Assembly: GCA_964016885.1 (NCBI GenBank)
Contig: OZ024741.1
Coordinates: 172,112,001 to 172,176,000, forward strand
DNA: 64,000 nucleotides
Direction: 5' to 3'
From: Eledone cirrhosa
Lineage: Eukaryota
Position 1 is the stretch's first letter. Each line of letters begins with the position of its first letter. Positions 26,480-39,808 of this stretch are shown piece by piece. The notes under the pieces were generated by a model. The model did not search any database. It saw nothing but the letters and a program-made list of their open reading frames with translations, and had not been told where the DNA came from. A program made the position numbers and the translations under genes.

Positions 26480-27125
26480 TTTAATACAATAACAGAGATA
26501 GTTTAAAGCTAAACTCTGACTGGTAACCATCTCACTCAACAAACATTAGGTTATATTAAAATATAAACCCAATTTAAGTGTTTGGGGTGCTAACAATATG
26601 TATAATGTGGAAAAACCAGTTGTATTATTTTATGAGATATAATTAAAGTTACAGTATATCTCTCTTTCCAAACAATTGTTTCATTATAAGTTTTCTACAA
26701 GTTTGGGAGAATGTTTCCAGTTTATGTAGAAGCCTAATATATATTCATGTAAGAATATATTTAGGTGGGTACTTATAAATCATCAGTGGAAGCCCATTAA
26801 ACATTGATATAAGAAAACAATTTCTTACCGCTGTCAAAAATCATGTCCGTAATGTTGCTCTCTCTCGCCTCGGATGACCGCCAAATTTGAAATTCCAGCA
26901 GTTTTTGACTGAGGAAGTATCATAGCGACACGAAACGGGAAGGGGAGACAACCCACGATTCACGAAATGAGGAAAAAAAATAATATACATGCGGGTTAAT
27001 TAGTTTTTTTGAAAACATTATCAATCCAACGTGTTTAAGAACTCAATTGAAAATAAAAAAATAAATATATGCTTGTATAAATTACACACGCATATAAATA
27101 TTTTCTTAGGCTAAATCAGAAGTTA
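26480..27125 (-). mobile_element. Non-coding hammerhead element between (TA)n tracts
   Basis: Hammerhead at 26666-26791; tail shared with 18730-18900. Confidence 0.75.
26666..26791 (-). ncRNA. Type I hammerhead with a large insert in stem II
   Basis: TTCCA-CTGATGA-tTTATAAGT...ACTTATAAt-GAAA-CAATTG-TT-TGGAA. Confidence 0.85.
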
Positions 27126-27145
27126 TATATATATATATTTATTCA

Positions 27146-28160
<1,015 letters not shown>

Positions 28161-28162
<2 letters not shown>

Positions 28163-28390
28163 TTCACGATTTCACCGAGTTTATATTCATAGAAATCTGG
28201 GACTTGTCTCTTTTTTCTCACTTTCTTTTGCTTAAACCATATTGTTTGTTCACCCCAGCGTCCCCTTTATTTACATGTCCCAACGACTTTTGTTAGCCGT
28301 TGTTCGCACCAACCTGAGGTATATGGCCTTTAAAGTGATGAAATGCCTAGGACGGTTGGAAGGCTACTGATGAAGGACTTACTTTTTCAT
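28161..28390 (+). repeat. Family B copy
   Basis: Aligns with 2175-2400. Confidence 0.8.
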
Positions 28391-28434
28391 ATATATATAT
28401 ATATATGTATGTATATATATATATATGTATATAT

Positions 28435-31400
28435 GTCTTGGGTATGACATTAAACTACATCCAGTGGCAAGGCTCCAGTTCGGGAGTTCAGGAGATGTGG
28501 GGAATATGGAGTTACCCCTTAGTTGTCATGACTCCCAGGTCTGCCCTGGCCCGGGGTGGTAGTACCTGTTAGGGCTCCATTTATGGGTTAAATAACTACC
28601 TTATTCGAGTGGCGCCGGTAAGGTATTGTCAGCCATTGAAAAGAAATATGGAGAGTCGATCTAACAGCACTAGGGTTAGAGCCCCTAATTACACTGTCAA
28701 GGAGCAGCCTGGTCGTTATGACTCTGCTGGCTTAGAGCCACAGAGAGGGCCAGTGGATGATGGATCAGCTGTCTCTGAGACAAATATAAAGAATGTAGTT
28801 TTGTCCTGCAGAAGAGCCATCAAAATGGGCACTTTGAATGTGAGGACTATTCGAACGCTGGAGAAGAGAGAGGAGTTGGGACATCTGTTCGAGGAGAGTG
28901 GTATACAGATACTTGCGATCCAAGAACACAGGATTCTACACGATGAGCCCGTGAGGAGTGTGATGATCGGGAGGAAGAGCCAGCTCATCACTACATCGGC
29001 AGTGAAGAACACAACAAATGCTGCAGTAGGAGGAGTGGGTTTTGTGTTCAGTGCAAAAACCAATCTGTTGGTGAGGGAAATAATGCCTATCTCCCCGCGA
29101 GTGTTGAGGGTGACCTTCAATGGAAACCCAAGACTGACAGTCATCTCAGCCTATAGTCCAACCGAGGGGGACAGTGATGTGAATGCCGAGGAGTTCCATG
29201 AGGAAGTGTGTAGAGCTGTCAACACCACTCAGGCACACAATATCCTGCTTGTTTTGGGGGACTTCAATGCACATCTGAGTAAGGAGGGCAGTGAAGATCC
29301 TTGCTGGTACTTCCATAACAACACCAACCGAAATGGAAGACTACTGAGAGACACCCTGCTGGAGGCGAACTTGATGGCGACCAACCTAAGGTTTAGGAAG
29401 AATCTGGGGAAGATGTGGACCTACATCTCAGATGTGCACCTGTCCAAGTCCCAGATTGATTTCATTCTGGTGAGGAAAAAGTGGCGGAATAGTGTTCTGA
29501 ACACGGAACCATACAGCTATTTCAGTACACTGGGTAGTGACCACCGGCTTGTTATGAGTGAGGTCCGCATGAGCTTAAGAAAGAGCAAGGCTCAGCCCCG
29601 GAGAACAATCTATGACTGGGGAGCTTTCAAGGAAGATGATAAGCTACAGGAGAGGTTCACAGTGGAAGTGAGAAACAGGTTTAGTGCTCTGTGTGGAGAG
29701 TCAGAGGAGAGAGAGATTGGATGGACTGAGGAGAGTGTGACGAGGAGGTACGGGCACTTCACCAATGCAGTGGCGAAAGCAAGTGAAACCCTGGTGCCGA
29801 GGAAAAAGAACAAAGGGAAGCACGTCAGCTCTGCAGACCCAAAAGTGTGTGCAGCCAGAGAACACCTGAAAGCTGCCAGGGACCAATTCTATGCTGATCC
29901 TACGGAGGAGAGGATGGAGACTGTGGAGGTGATGAGGGAAGAGCTCTGTACCGCTTACACTGAGGTCAGAGAGGAGGCACTGATAGAGAAGATCAGAAGT
30001 GTGGAGAGAGCGGTTGACAGATCTGGATGTAAGGAGAGCTGGATGATCATCAACGAGATCACAGGGAGGAAGAAAAGGTGTTCGAGTCAGATCCAGGGAA
30101 CGGGGCCCGAGGATAGGAAGAGGAAATGGCTAGACCATTTTAGGACCCTACTAGGAGAGCCACCCTCCACAGCCCAGAGCACTGGGGAGATCAGGCGGCT
30201 GTTTGAGGAACTGGATGTTGAGACAGAGCCCTTCACCAGAGAGGAGCTTCAGAGAGCCAAGAAGAAGATCAAGGAGGGCAAGGCTCATGGAGAAGATGGA
30301 GTAGCGTCAGAGGTGATGAAGTGGTGTGATTTTGATGATATCATCCTGGGGTTCTGTAACGGGGCACTGGAGAAGGGAGTTGCCCCGAATCAGTGGAGGA
30401 TCAGTAACATCGTCCCAGTGCCAAAGAAGGGAGATCTCTCTAACACCAACAACTACCGGGGGATCTCACTGACGTCACTTGTGGCAAAGACCCTCAACAG
30501 GATGATTCTTAACAGGATCCAGCCTGAGATGGAGAAGAAGCTCAGGGACAACCAGAACGGCTTCAGAGAGGGTAGATCAACCACCAGTCACATCCTGATG
30601 CTGAGGAGGATATTAGAGGGAGCTAGAGCAAAGTGCCTTCCTGCGGTCATGGTTTTCATTGACTTTAGGAAGGCCTTTGATTCTGTGGACCGTTACTGCC
30701 TGATGAAGATCTTACAGGCTTATGGAATCCCCAAGAGGATAGTGGACCTGATATCACTGCTCTACACCAACACCAAAGCCCAAGTCATTACACCTGATGG
30801 GATGACAGAGTTCTTTGAGATACTGGCTGGAGTGCTCCAGGGAGATACATTGGCTCCCTACCTTTTTATCATCGTAGTGGACTATTGTATGCGCCTTGCA
30901 CTGGAGAAACACCAGGACTCTGGCTTTACTGTAGCACCGGCTCAGAGCAGGAGAGTTGGGGCGAAAAAGGTATCGGATGCTGAATTTGCCGACGACATAG
31001 TTTTGGTGACAAATACAGTGAAGGAGGCAGAGGATTTGATGCGGGAGGTTGAGACTGTGTCGATGAGTGTGGGGCTGAGAATGAATGAGACTAAAACAAA
31101 ATATCTGGTAGAGAATGTTGAGAAGCCAGAGGGGATCACTAATGTAGGCGGGAAGCCGCTGGAATTGGTTGAGGACTTCCTGTATTTGGGAGCAAAGATT
31201 GGGAATACGGAAGATGATGTGGTTGAGAGGAAGAGCAAGGCCTGGGCAGCGTGCCACAGCTTGAGATCGGTGTGGAAGTCGGACCTTCGTAGAGACCTGA
31301 AAGTCCGCCTCTTCATTGCTGTAGTGGAGTCTGTGCTGCTGTATGGGTCTGAGACTTGGACACTGACCAAGAGACTCACTCAGATGGTGGATGGGTGCTA

Positions 31401-31756
31401 CACGAGAATGCTGAGGATGGCTCTGAACATTAATCAGTATACACTGAGGATGAAAAACTCAGAGCTGTATGGGAGCCTCCCAAAAGTCAGCTCAAAAGTG
31501 ACACAGGGGAGACTGAGGTTGGCTGGACATGCTCACCGACATCCAGAGTTGACATTGCACTCCGTGCTCCTTTGGGAGCCCCTACATGGACACACTGGAA
31601 GAGGAAGACCAAGGTTAACATATGTTGATGCCCTAAGGACAGACACTGGTCTGTTGGAGACGCAGGACATGGCAGCGATAATGAGGGACAGAGACCGCTG
31701 GAGAGAACTCGTCCATGGATCTCGGGAATTTTACCCGCCTTAGATAGATAGATAGA

Positions 31757-31757
<1 letters not shown>
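28435..31757 (+). mobile_element. Apparently full-length RTE-clade LINE inserted in (TA)n
   Basis: About 210-bp 5'UTR, single long ORF, stop codon fused to a (TAGA)n tail. Confidence 0.95.
28648..31743 (+). CDS. RTE LINE polyprotein: AP endonuclease plus reverse transcriptase (1031 aa from the first ATG; frame open from 28609)
   Basis: APE motifs GTLNVRT, LAIQE, GDFNA, IDFIL, SDH; RT motifs NYRGISL, QNGFR, FIDFRKAFDS, GVLQGD, FADD, YLG; RTE C-terminus GRPR...DRDRWR. No stops. Confidence 0.96.
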   Translation: MESRSNSTRVRAPNYTVKEQPGRYDSAGLEPQRGPVDDGSAVSETNIKNVVLSCRRAIKMGTLNVRTIRTLEKREELGHLFEESGIQILAIQEHRILHDEPVRSVMIGRKSQLITTSAVKNTTNAAVGGVGFVFSAKTNLLVREIMPISPRVLRVTFNGNPRLTVISAYSPTEGDSDVNAEEFHEEVCRAVNTTQAHNILLVLGDFNAHLSKEGSEDPCWYFHNNTNRNGRLLRDTLLEANLMATNLRFRKNLGKMWTYISDVHLSKSQIDFILVRKKWRNSVLNTEPYSYFSTLGSDHRLVMSEVRMSLRKSKAQPRRTIYDWGAFKEDDKLQERFTVEVRNRFSALCGESEEREIGWTEESVTRRYGHFTNAVAKASETLVPRKKNKGKHVSSADPKVCAAREHLKAARDQFYADPTEERMETVEVMREELCTAYTEVREEALIEKIRSVERAVDRSGCKESWMIINEITGRKKRCSSQIQGTGPEDRKRKWLDHFRTLLGEPPSTAQSTGEIRRLFEELDVETEPFTREELQRAKKKIKEGKAHGEDGVASEVMKWCDFDDIILGFCNGALEKGVAPNQWRISNIVPVPKKGDLSNTNNYRGISLTSLVAKTLNRMILNRIQPEMEKKLRDNQNGFREGRSTTSHILMLRRILEGARAKCLPAVMVFIDFRKAFDSVDRYCLMKILQAYGIPKRIVDLISLLYTNTKAQVITPDGMTEFFEILAGVLQGDTLAPYLFIIVVDYCMRLALEKHQDSGFTVAPAQSRRVGAKKVSDAEFADDIVLVTNTVKEAEDLMREVETVSMSVGLRMNETKTKYLVENVEKPEGITNVGGKPLELVEDFLYLGAKIGNTEDDVVERKSKAWAACHSLRSVWKSDLRRDLKVRLFIAVVESVLLYGSETWTLTKRLTQMVDGCYTRMLRMALNINQYTLRMKNSELYGSLPKVSSKVTQGRLRLAGHAHRHPELTLHSVLLWEPLHGHTGRGRPRLTYVDALRTDTGLLETQDMAAIMRDRDRWRELVHGSREFYPP

Positions 31758-31842
<85 letters not shown>

Positions 31843-31846
31843 TATA

Positions 31847-31986
31847 TAAACAGTATTGAGTTTGAATTATTTTCCCACACATCTTACGTTAACTACTTTT
31901 CCATTTTGACGCTATAGTCACTTATATATGGAATACTGTTGGCTTCTTGCTACAATAATTTCTATACTTTTCATTTATATACAGTA
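31847..31986 (+). mobile_element. Tail-only unit, inverted twin of 27956-28093
   Basis: Reverse-complement match with few differences. Confidence 0.85.
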
Positions 31987-31998
31987 TCTATCTATCTA

Positions 31999-32128
<130 letters not shown>

Positions 32129-33514
32129 ACATATATATTTGTGTGTGTGTGTGTATGAGTGTGTGTATGAGTGTGTGTATGAGTGTGTATGTGTGAGTGA
32201 GTGTGTGCTAGTGTGTGTGCTTGTGTGAGTAAGTGTAGGTGTATATGTATGTGTGTGTGCGAGTGTGTATGCGTGTGAGTCTACAGATATATTTATTATA
32301 GTTATTATTATCTTTATTGAAATCGCTCTTCTTGTTATTGAAGTTGTTGCTGTGATATGAAGAATGTGATGGCGGGGGGAAGTATGACAAGGTAGAAAAA
32401 TGTATAATATCGCGGTAGTACGGCAGGATCCATTAATCAAGTAAGGCCATAGAACTGCACAAGGAATGTCTTGCTATATTCTACCTTATAAAGTAGCGTC
32501 TGTTATGGAGTGTTCAATGCAGATCTGTCGATTTCACCATTGCAGGGATTTCCGATTGCAATGTCTCCTCCAGAGTATAGGTTTGAATATAGCCTTTTGG
32601 CAGACCAGCAGTTGCTCGTGCAACAAGTTTCGTTTCTTTATGCCACACGATGTTATTAAAAAAATAGACAAGGTGAATACAACTTGGCACCAGAAATATC
32701 ACGTTGAAGACAGTAGCGACTTGTTTTATGGTATCCAGCTTCTTGTTTGTCCTTGAGGTTTAATCAAGAAGCATTTCCTATGAACGTGTATTGCTGCAAA
32801 ACAGCGAGAGTTTGAAATAAAAGTTTTCCTTTTTTTAGATTGACTGTTTTCTTTTCAGGACGAGTTCTCTCTACCCGAATCACCGGTTTTACGACATTAC
32901 AATCCTATGATCATTCTTCTTGTCTGACAGTAAAAACAGTTGATCTCAATGGTTTGGAATTTCTGCGTAGGTGATTGTCCCAACCTCATTTTCCCAACGA
33001 AACTATAATATTCTAGTATCGGCATAAAAAGAAGAGATCAAAAACATTTCTATTTCTTCTGTAAGCCAGTGATTTCGAAAAGGATCAGAAGGGGACTGTT
33101 ACTAAATTAACACCATTACCTGCTATTTGAGTGATCCTATCACAGAACTTTGTTGTAAGTATTCGGACCACGTCTAAGGACACCTCTATATTTTCATGCT
33201 ACAACAATACAACAAAATATGTTGATCTCTCCCCATCCTTAGCTTTTAGACACACAGTGTATGTGAGAAAGAGAGAGAGAGAGAATGTGTGTGTGTGTGT
33301 GTGTGTGTGTGGTGTATGTTTTTGTGTGTGTGTGTGTGTGAGAAATTGTGTGTGTGTGTATGTGTGTGAGAGAGAGTGTGTGTGTGTATGTTATTGAGAG
33401 AGTGTGTGTCTGTTTTGTGTGTATGTGCTTGTGAGTGTAAAAGAAAGAAAGAAAAGAAAACTCGACTTCGATATTGAACTGATATTATATATAGATCCCG
33501 AATAGGGCCGTGTA

Positions 33515-33853
33515 TTGGTCGATAAAAGAAAGTACCAGTCATGCACTGGGGTCGATTTAATCGACTTTCCCTCCCTCCAAAATTGTTGGCCTTGTGCCTA
33601 TATAACAAACCATATATATATAGATCCTGAACAGGGTGGTGTATTAGCAGTATCGGTAGAGGGTCGGATGCCATGCTTTACAGCATAGAGTTACGGCCCT
33701 TTATGATCTGAGTTCAAATCCCGCCGAGGTTAACTTTGCCTTTCATCCTTACGAGGTCGATAAAATAAAGTACCAGTCACGGACTAGGGTCGATTTAATC
33801 GACTTTCCCCTCCCCCAAAATTGATGCCCTAGTGCCTATATAAGAAACCATTA
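33515..33853 (+). mobile_element. Tandem tRNA-SINE copies (3' fragment plus full copy)
   Basis: Core GTCGATAAAA..AAGTACCAG occurs twice; A and B boxes at 33645-33722. Confidence 0.88.
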
Positions 33854-34567
33854 TATAGATCCCGAATGAGTAAATAGCCAAGTTGGCATCGGTCAGTTTG
33901 GAACTCAGAGTACAAAGAGCCAGAACAAATATCGTGAGATTTTATCATACGTTGTAAAAATTCCACAATTTCTCCGCATTGAGATTGTACAACTACTCAA
34001 TGAGAAAACATCTACGTGGTTCTTTAAATTACTAGAAGTAACAGACAAACTTCCTCCTTTGAAATAAACATGTGGCTATGTCACTTTCTTTGTGCTATAG
34101 TACCAATGTGTCAAAAAGCCTTCAACGCCACAGCATCACCACAGTAATCGATATTTATTGAGTGTCTATATACCTACATTAGTAATGTATGGCCTTGCTC
34201 CAACATAGAAAATCAATATAGATGCTGCTTATATAAACACAACTTCTCTAAAATAAGCAAATCAGACAGACGTACAGTAAGAATTAGCAACTGTGTATAG
34301 AGCATTTCCTGGATGTATCTTTTTTCCTACATTCACCAGGCTACTGTTGTTGGTGTTGTTATTTTTGTTGTGCCCCGTGTAAGTACTAATAGAGCTATAA
34401 TCAAATTCACCGAAGCAATGACAATATTGGCTAGTTTTCAGAGAGATTGTATCTAGGAGTACATTATCAAATGCGTCTTTTATTAAGACAGCGTGGTCTG
34501 ATTTAAAGCACATTTGGCAATTATTTCGAACAGGTCGGGTGACTGCGTAGAGGCTCACTTGCTGAAT

Positions 34568-34645
<78 letters not shown>

Positions 34646-34776
34646 CATATATATATGTAAAAGGTAAACAGAAATAACAACACAATCGGTACAGTATATG
34701 GAAGGGATATATAGTGGATCGTCAAGTATGAAATTTGTAGAAAATATTTTTATCTACAAATTTCATACTTGACGAC

Positions 34777-34922
<146 letters not shown>

Positions 34923-35561
34923 AGATAGATAGATAGATAGATTAAACCTGTAATTCAAAGGTCCAGTCTTGTTACGGTGTGTCACATTTATTTGGTCTGA
35001 GAATTACCTTAATGTTACATGGGTCTCTGGAATATAATACTATGTTATAGAAGGCCACAGTAATACAGTTGGGACATTAATTTTCAATACTAACAGTAAC
35101 AAACATAATGAAATTTTACCATAGAAATATTCAATTTTCCTTATATTTCGGGCAAAATACTCCTTACGGGTGTGTTAAGATAACAAGAATGAGAAAGAAA
35201 AGGATTTATACTTCCATAAAGACGACGTGCTGTTGAATTACGGAAGAAACTGAAATGACCATCTAACACTGTAAATAGTGCTATCACAACTTGCAGCATA
35301 TTTTTATCGGGAGTGGCAATCTGCATCATTTAAGATATGACTTTTTCGTTGAGATACCTGGAACTATGAGTAAATGGAAAATATATATATATTTAGTCGA
35401 GCTAAATTTAATGGGAAATCGTCTTTCGTTTCTATCACATAAGGTTTCACAAAATTACTCAATAGATTTTTCTGTGATTTTCGTTATTGATTATTCTAAT
35501 ATTTGCTTTTATTCTAGATATTGCATTCGCTTTCATTCTCATTTCATTGTTGTTGTTCTTG

Positions 35562-35600
<39 letters not shown>

Positions 35601-35601
<1 letters not shown>

Positions 35602-37513
35602 AGTTGCATTTATCTTGCTTTATGTTCATACGAGTTATCACCAAGTCACAACCAGTGACCTCAAGAGACAACAAGGTCCGCCATGTTCAAGAAAGAACAT
35701 ACATATTCACACATGCATCTTTAGTGTTTAGACTTGTGATGTACTTATATTGACAGAATCTTCCTTAGTATATGGGCAGTTCCCATTAATACTATCTTTT
35801 GTATTTCTCCTATACGCGGGTTTCCTGGGATTTGCGATATGTAATCATTAGACCCCTTAGGTATCATTCCCAGAGCGCCTAAAACCACTGGTATTGTTTT
35901 AGTTCTCAATTTCCACATTTTTCCAATTTCTATCTCCAGGTCCTTATACTTGCTCAATTTTTCAAATGTTTTTATAGATACATTCTTGTCTATTGGAACA
36001 GACATATCAATTAGCAAGCATACCCTCTTTTGAAATTCTTTCAATATTATATCAGGTCTGTTTGCATCTATTTTTCGGTCTGTTTGGATGCTAAAGTTCC
36101 ACAAGATTGAGATGTGATCTTTTTCAAGTATGGGAGGTGGTTGATGCTCCCACCAATTCTTTTGATGGGGCAGGTCAAAATGCTTACACATTATCCAATG
36201 TATGTATTGTGCAGCTCTGTCATGCCTGTTTAGGTATTCGGTTGGAGCTATAGGACTGCACATTGAAATTATATGGTCAATGGTCTCTGGTTGTTTTTTG
36301 CATACACGGCATAATGGGCTGCACCCATTTTTTATTATGTTGGCTTGGTAATTTTTTGTTGGCAGACACTGATCTTGTGCCGATATAATCAGTCCTTCAG
36401 TCTCCGATTTCAGTCCAGAGGATGCCAACCACTGATGGGTTAAAGTTTTGTCAACATCAGGATTGTTAGCTCGCTCTGGGTATTTTCCATACAGAGGCTT
36501 TTCTTGCCATTTCTTAGCCAGTTTCTGTAGCAGTTCTTTCTTTGCAGTTACTTTTACCTGCTTTGCTTTTTCTGTGTTTTCCATTTCAGCAGTAAATGGG
36601 ACTTCTGAAATTTGTAGTCCATTACTGTATCTTTGTGCATCTTTTGTAATGGAATATGATCTTTTGATGCTTTCGTGTTTCAAAACGAGTTTGATCATCC
36701 AATCATGTGATTCCCTTAGATATGTAGATAATCCAATTGTTGCAGTTTTCAACGCAATGTCTAACTGGATTAACCCACGTCCTCCTTCTTTCCTAGGGAG
36801 ATATATTCTATCTATATCTGCCTTAGGGTGATGCATTCTGTGCATGGTTAAGAATTTTCGAATTTTTGTATCGAGCCTACGGATCTCTGTGCTTGACCAG
36901 TTGATGACATTGTAACTAGGTTACTACTGGTATGGCAAGCGTGTTTATGGCATCGATCCTATTCCTTGCATTCAATTCCGTTCTTAAGATTGCTCTGACT
37001 CTGCGGTAACATTCCTTCCTTATCCTTTCCCTCATTGTCGAGTGCTTGATTCCGTCTCCTTCACAAACACCTAGATATTTGTAAGTTTTTTCTTGATCAA
37101 TTTCTCTTATCACGTTCCCCCGATCAAGATTAATGTCTGAACTCTTCAGCAGCTTTCCTCTGGTGAACGTTGCTTTGGCGCATTTATCTAGTCCAAACTC
37201 CATTTTAATGTCATCACTGAACTGCTTCACAGTGGATAATAGCCCTTGCAATTGTTCATCATTTTTTGCAAATAGTTTCAGGTCATCCATGTAGAACAGT
37301 TGATTAATGGTTTTGTCATAGACTTTATATCCATGTTTTGTTTCATTGAGTATTTTACTTAATGGTATAAGTGCGATGCAGAATAAAAGCGGTGATAAAG
37401 AGTCACCCTGAAAAATTCCACATTTGATATTAACTTCTCCAGCTTCCAGTGATTTTGTTCCACTATTCAAAAGGAGTGTCGTTTTCCATGTCTTCATACT
37501 GAATGACAAAAAC

Positions 37514-37514
<1 letters not shown>
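35601..37514 (-). mobile_element. 5'-truncated R4/Dong-type LINE (RT, CCHC, restriction-like endonuclease) between (ATT)n tracts; one frameshift near 36917
   Basis: GIFQGDSLSP and YMDD (36916-37509); CRVC..ETIDHIISMC, RPDII..LIDMSVP and KYKDL (35745-36845). Confidence 0.93.
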
Positions 37515-37562
<48 letters not shown>

Positions 37563-37772
37563 GGCGACCTACGTAGGAAATCGTATTATCGTGAGCTCCG
37601 CAAAGGTTTGTTATTTCCGTTTGTTTAAAAATTGCCATTTATGGAAAATTTTATTGTTAACTGTTTATAAGCACACATACATTGTTTTTCGAAAAGGACA
37701 CCTAAAAAGATTGAGGCCTTGTGCCCAAAATTTTAACTTTTATTATTATCAAAAAATTTCTTTGAAAAAAGA

Positions 37773-39774
37773 ATGGCTACTTCACCTCTGCACGAAGCAG
37801 CTGAAAGCCTTCCTCACAAAATAACACCTCACACCGACACCACCATTGTAAATGTTACTACGTTTGCCAACACAAAAAAAAATATAAGCAGTAGCAATAT
37901 CTTAAATTTGTCTCAGGCAGACATTCATTTCCCGCCATTACCAATGACTGCAGGTGTTAAAGCCTCCACCACCACCACCACCGCGACAACCACCACCCCC
38001 ACCACCACCGCGACAACAAAGGAAGAAAAAAATAAATTAACTCGTGATGTCGAAATGAAATCAAGCATAATGGACTCTTCCGCACCAAAGACGAATGACG
38101 TCACCACCACCACAACTGAAACAAAAATTAAGATTAACACAAATAACGATAGCAACAACAACAACAATGACATTATAAAACCGACCCTCAGTTTCGCCAT
38201 CGTAGCAAAACAATTCGAAGCGTTCACGGTAACTCAAGAAGATTTAGAAAATGCCAAACAAATGGTAAAGAAAGATGGGTACAGGGTCAGCCCCCCCCCC
38301 CCACACCTAATAAAATGGAGCATCGGCGCCTGTGCACCGTGTCGTATAGAACAATAAATGTAAAATCGCGCCGAGTGGAACGGGCATCCGAGTTTTCTTG
38401 CCCACACATGTCCCAAATCCAAAAAGCTTTGGGACATGTGTGGGCAAGAAAAACCCACATCAGACGTGGGCAAAAGTATGGAACCGTGGATGTGTTCTTT
38501 GAAACACCAGAGGAGGCTAGAGAACACTCCATGGCCCCATTAAAAAGTGACGACCTCACACTCGTCCCAAGCTATTGTGGCCAGAGAATTCGTAAAGATC
38601 AGGGTGACCCACGTTCCACCGGCCATCGAAATTCCCTGGCTAATAGCGGCTGTCCTCGCCGGCATCGAAGCCAACACGAAAATAATAGCAGTAGCAAAAG
38701 AAAAGCAGGAAAACTGGTCCGGATCTGGGATGGAGCTCCTGATCCAAGCGGACCAAAAAAGCATTGAGGAGATCCCAGAGGTAATAGACCTCACTGACGG
38801 CAGCCCCCTCACGGTAATTGTCGAGGGCAGAAGACCTAGGTGTGTCGTTTGTGGTGAAGGAACCCACCTAAGGGCTTTCTGCCCTCAGGCTAAAAGGTTG
38901 AGGCCACCTCTCCTACCCACCCCAGTGACACAACCATCAACACCACCAGTAGCAGAGATGGCAGCAACAACTGTAGCAGCAACAACAGAAGCAACTATAA
39001 CAGCAACAACCCCAGCAACAGTAGCAAAACCAACACCACTACCACCACCAGCAAAACCAACACCACCACCACCCAACGCTTCAGTACTAGCACCAGCGCC
39101 TACACCATCCACCACACCACAACCAAAACTAACGGCTGTGGAAGATTTTCCACTCCCCGGCCTATCACAACTGGAGACAGATTGTGACGACGAGGAGTGG
39201 GAAACGATATCCGGAAAAAAGAAAAGAAACCAAAAAAGAAAAAATTCTCTTCCTTCCCCCTCCAAAAACAAAATACAGAGGGAAACAAATAAACTAAGAA
39301 ACAAAAAAAGTTAGGACAGATATGCCACCATCCACACCAGCATCACCAACCCCATCAACCCAAACACCAACACCATCACCATCATTAACTCCAACACCAC
39401 CATCACCTACACCACAAAAGTCACCAAAATGCGAAACAGAAACAAACCCACAACAAACGCAAACAAAACAAAACGATACACACTACACAGCATTAAATTT
39501 GAACAACAAGCAATTATTACACTACATCCAACACAACACCAGCATCACAGAAAAAGACTACACAACAACCCCAAAATTCACACCACCTCCACACATACAA
39601 ATCACTCGCATCACACAGAAAACGTACATGACACTAAAACAAAAATTCCCCAAAGACATCGGAGACTTCCGACAAGCACTCTCCAGGAGGATTTATAAGG
39701 ACATCCTTCCTGAGGAGGCCACAAGCAGTGAAAAGGATGGAAAAACCGTCCTTCCCCTACGAGAAGTAAGGTAA
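37773..39774 (+). pseudogene. Tx1-type ORF1 (RRM-like region, CCHC zinc knuckle, Pro/Thr-rich tail), split by frameshifts
   Basis: Consecutive ORFs 37773-38357, 38315-38767, 38547-39314, 39322-39774; GTVDVFFETPEEA; CVVCGEGTHLRAFC; WETISGKKKR. Confidence 0.75.
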
Positions 39775-39808
39775 GTGGTCTTTCCCATCTTTTCCACTCC
39801 TTTTCAAC

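Noticed and set aside
34262-34570. Open frame next to (CA)n
   Set aside because: No recognisable domain or convincing splice signals.
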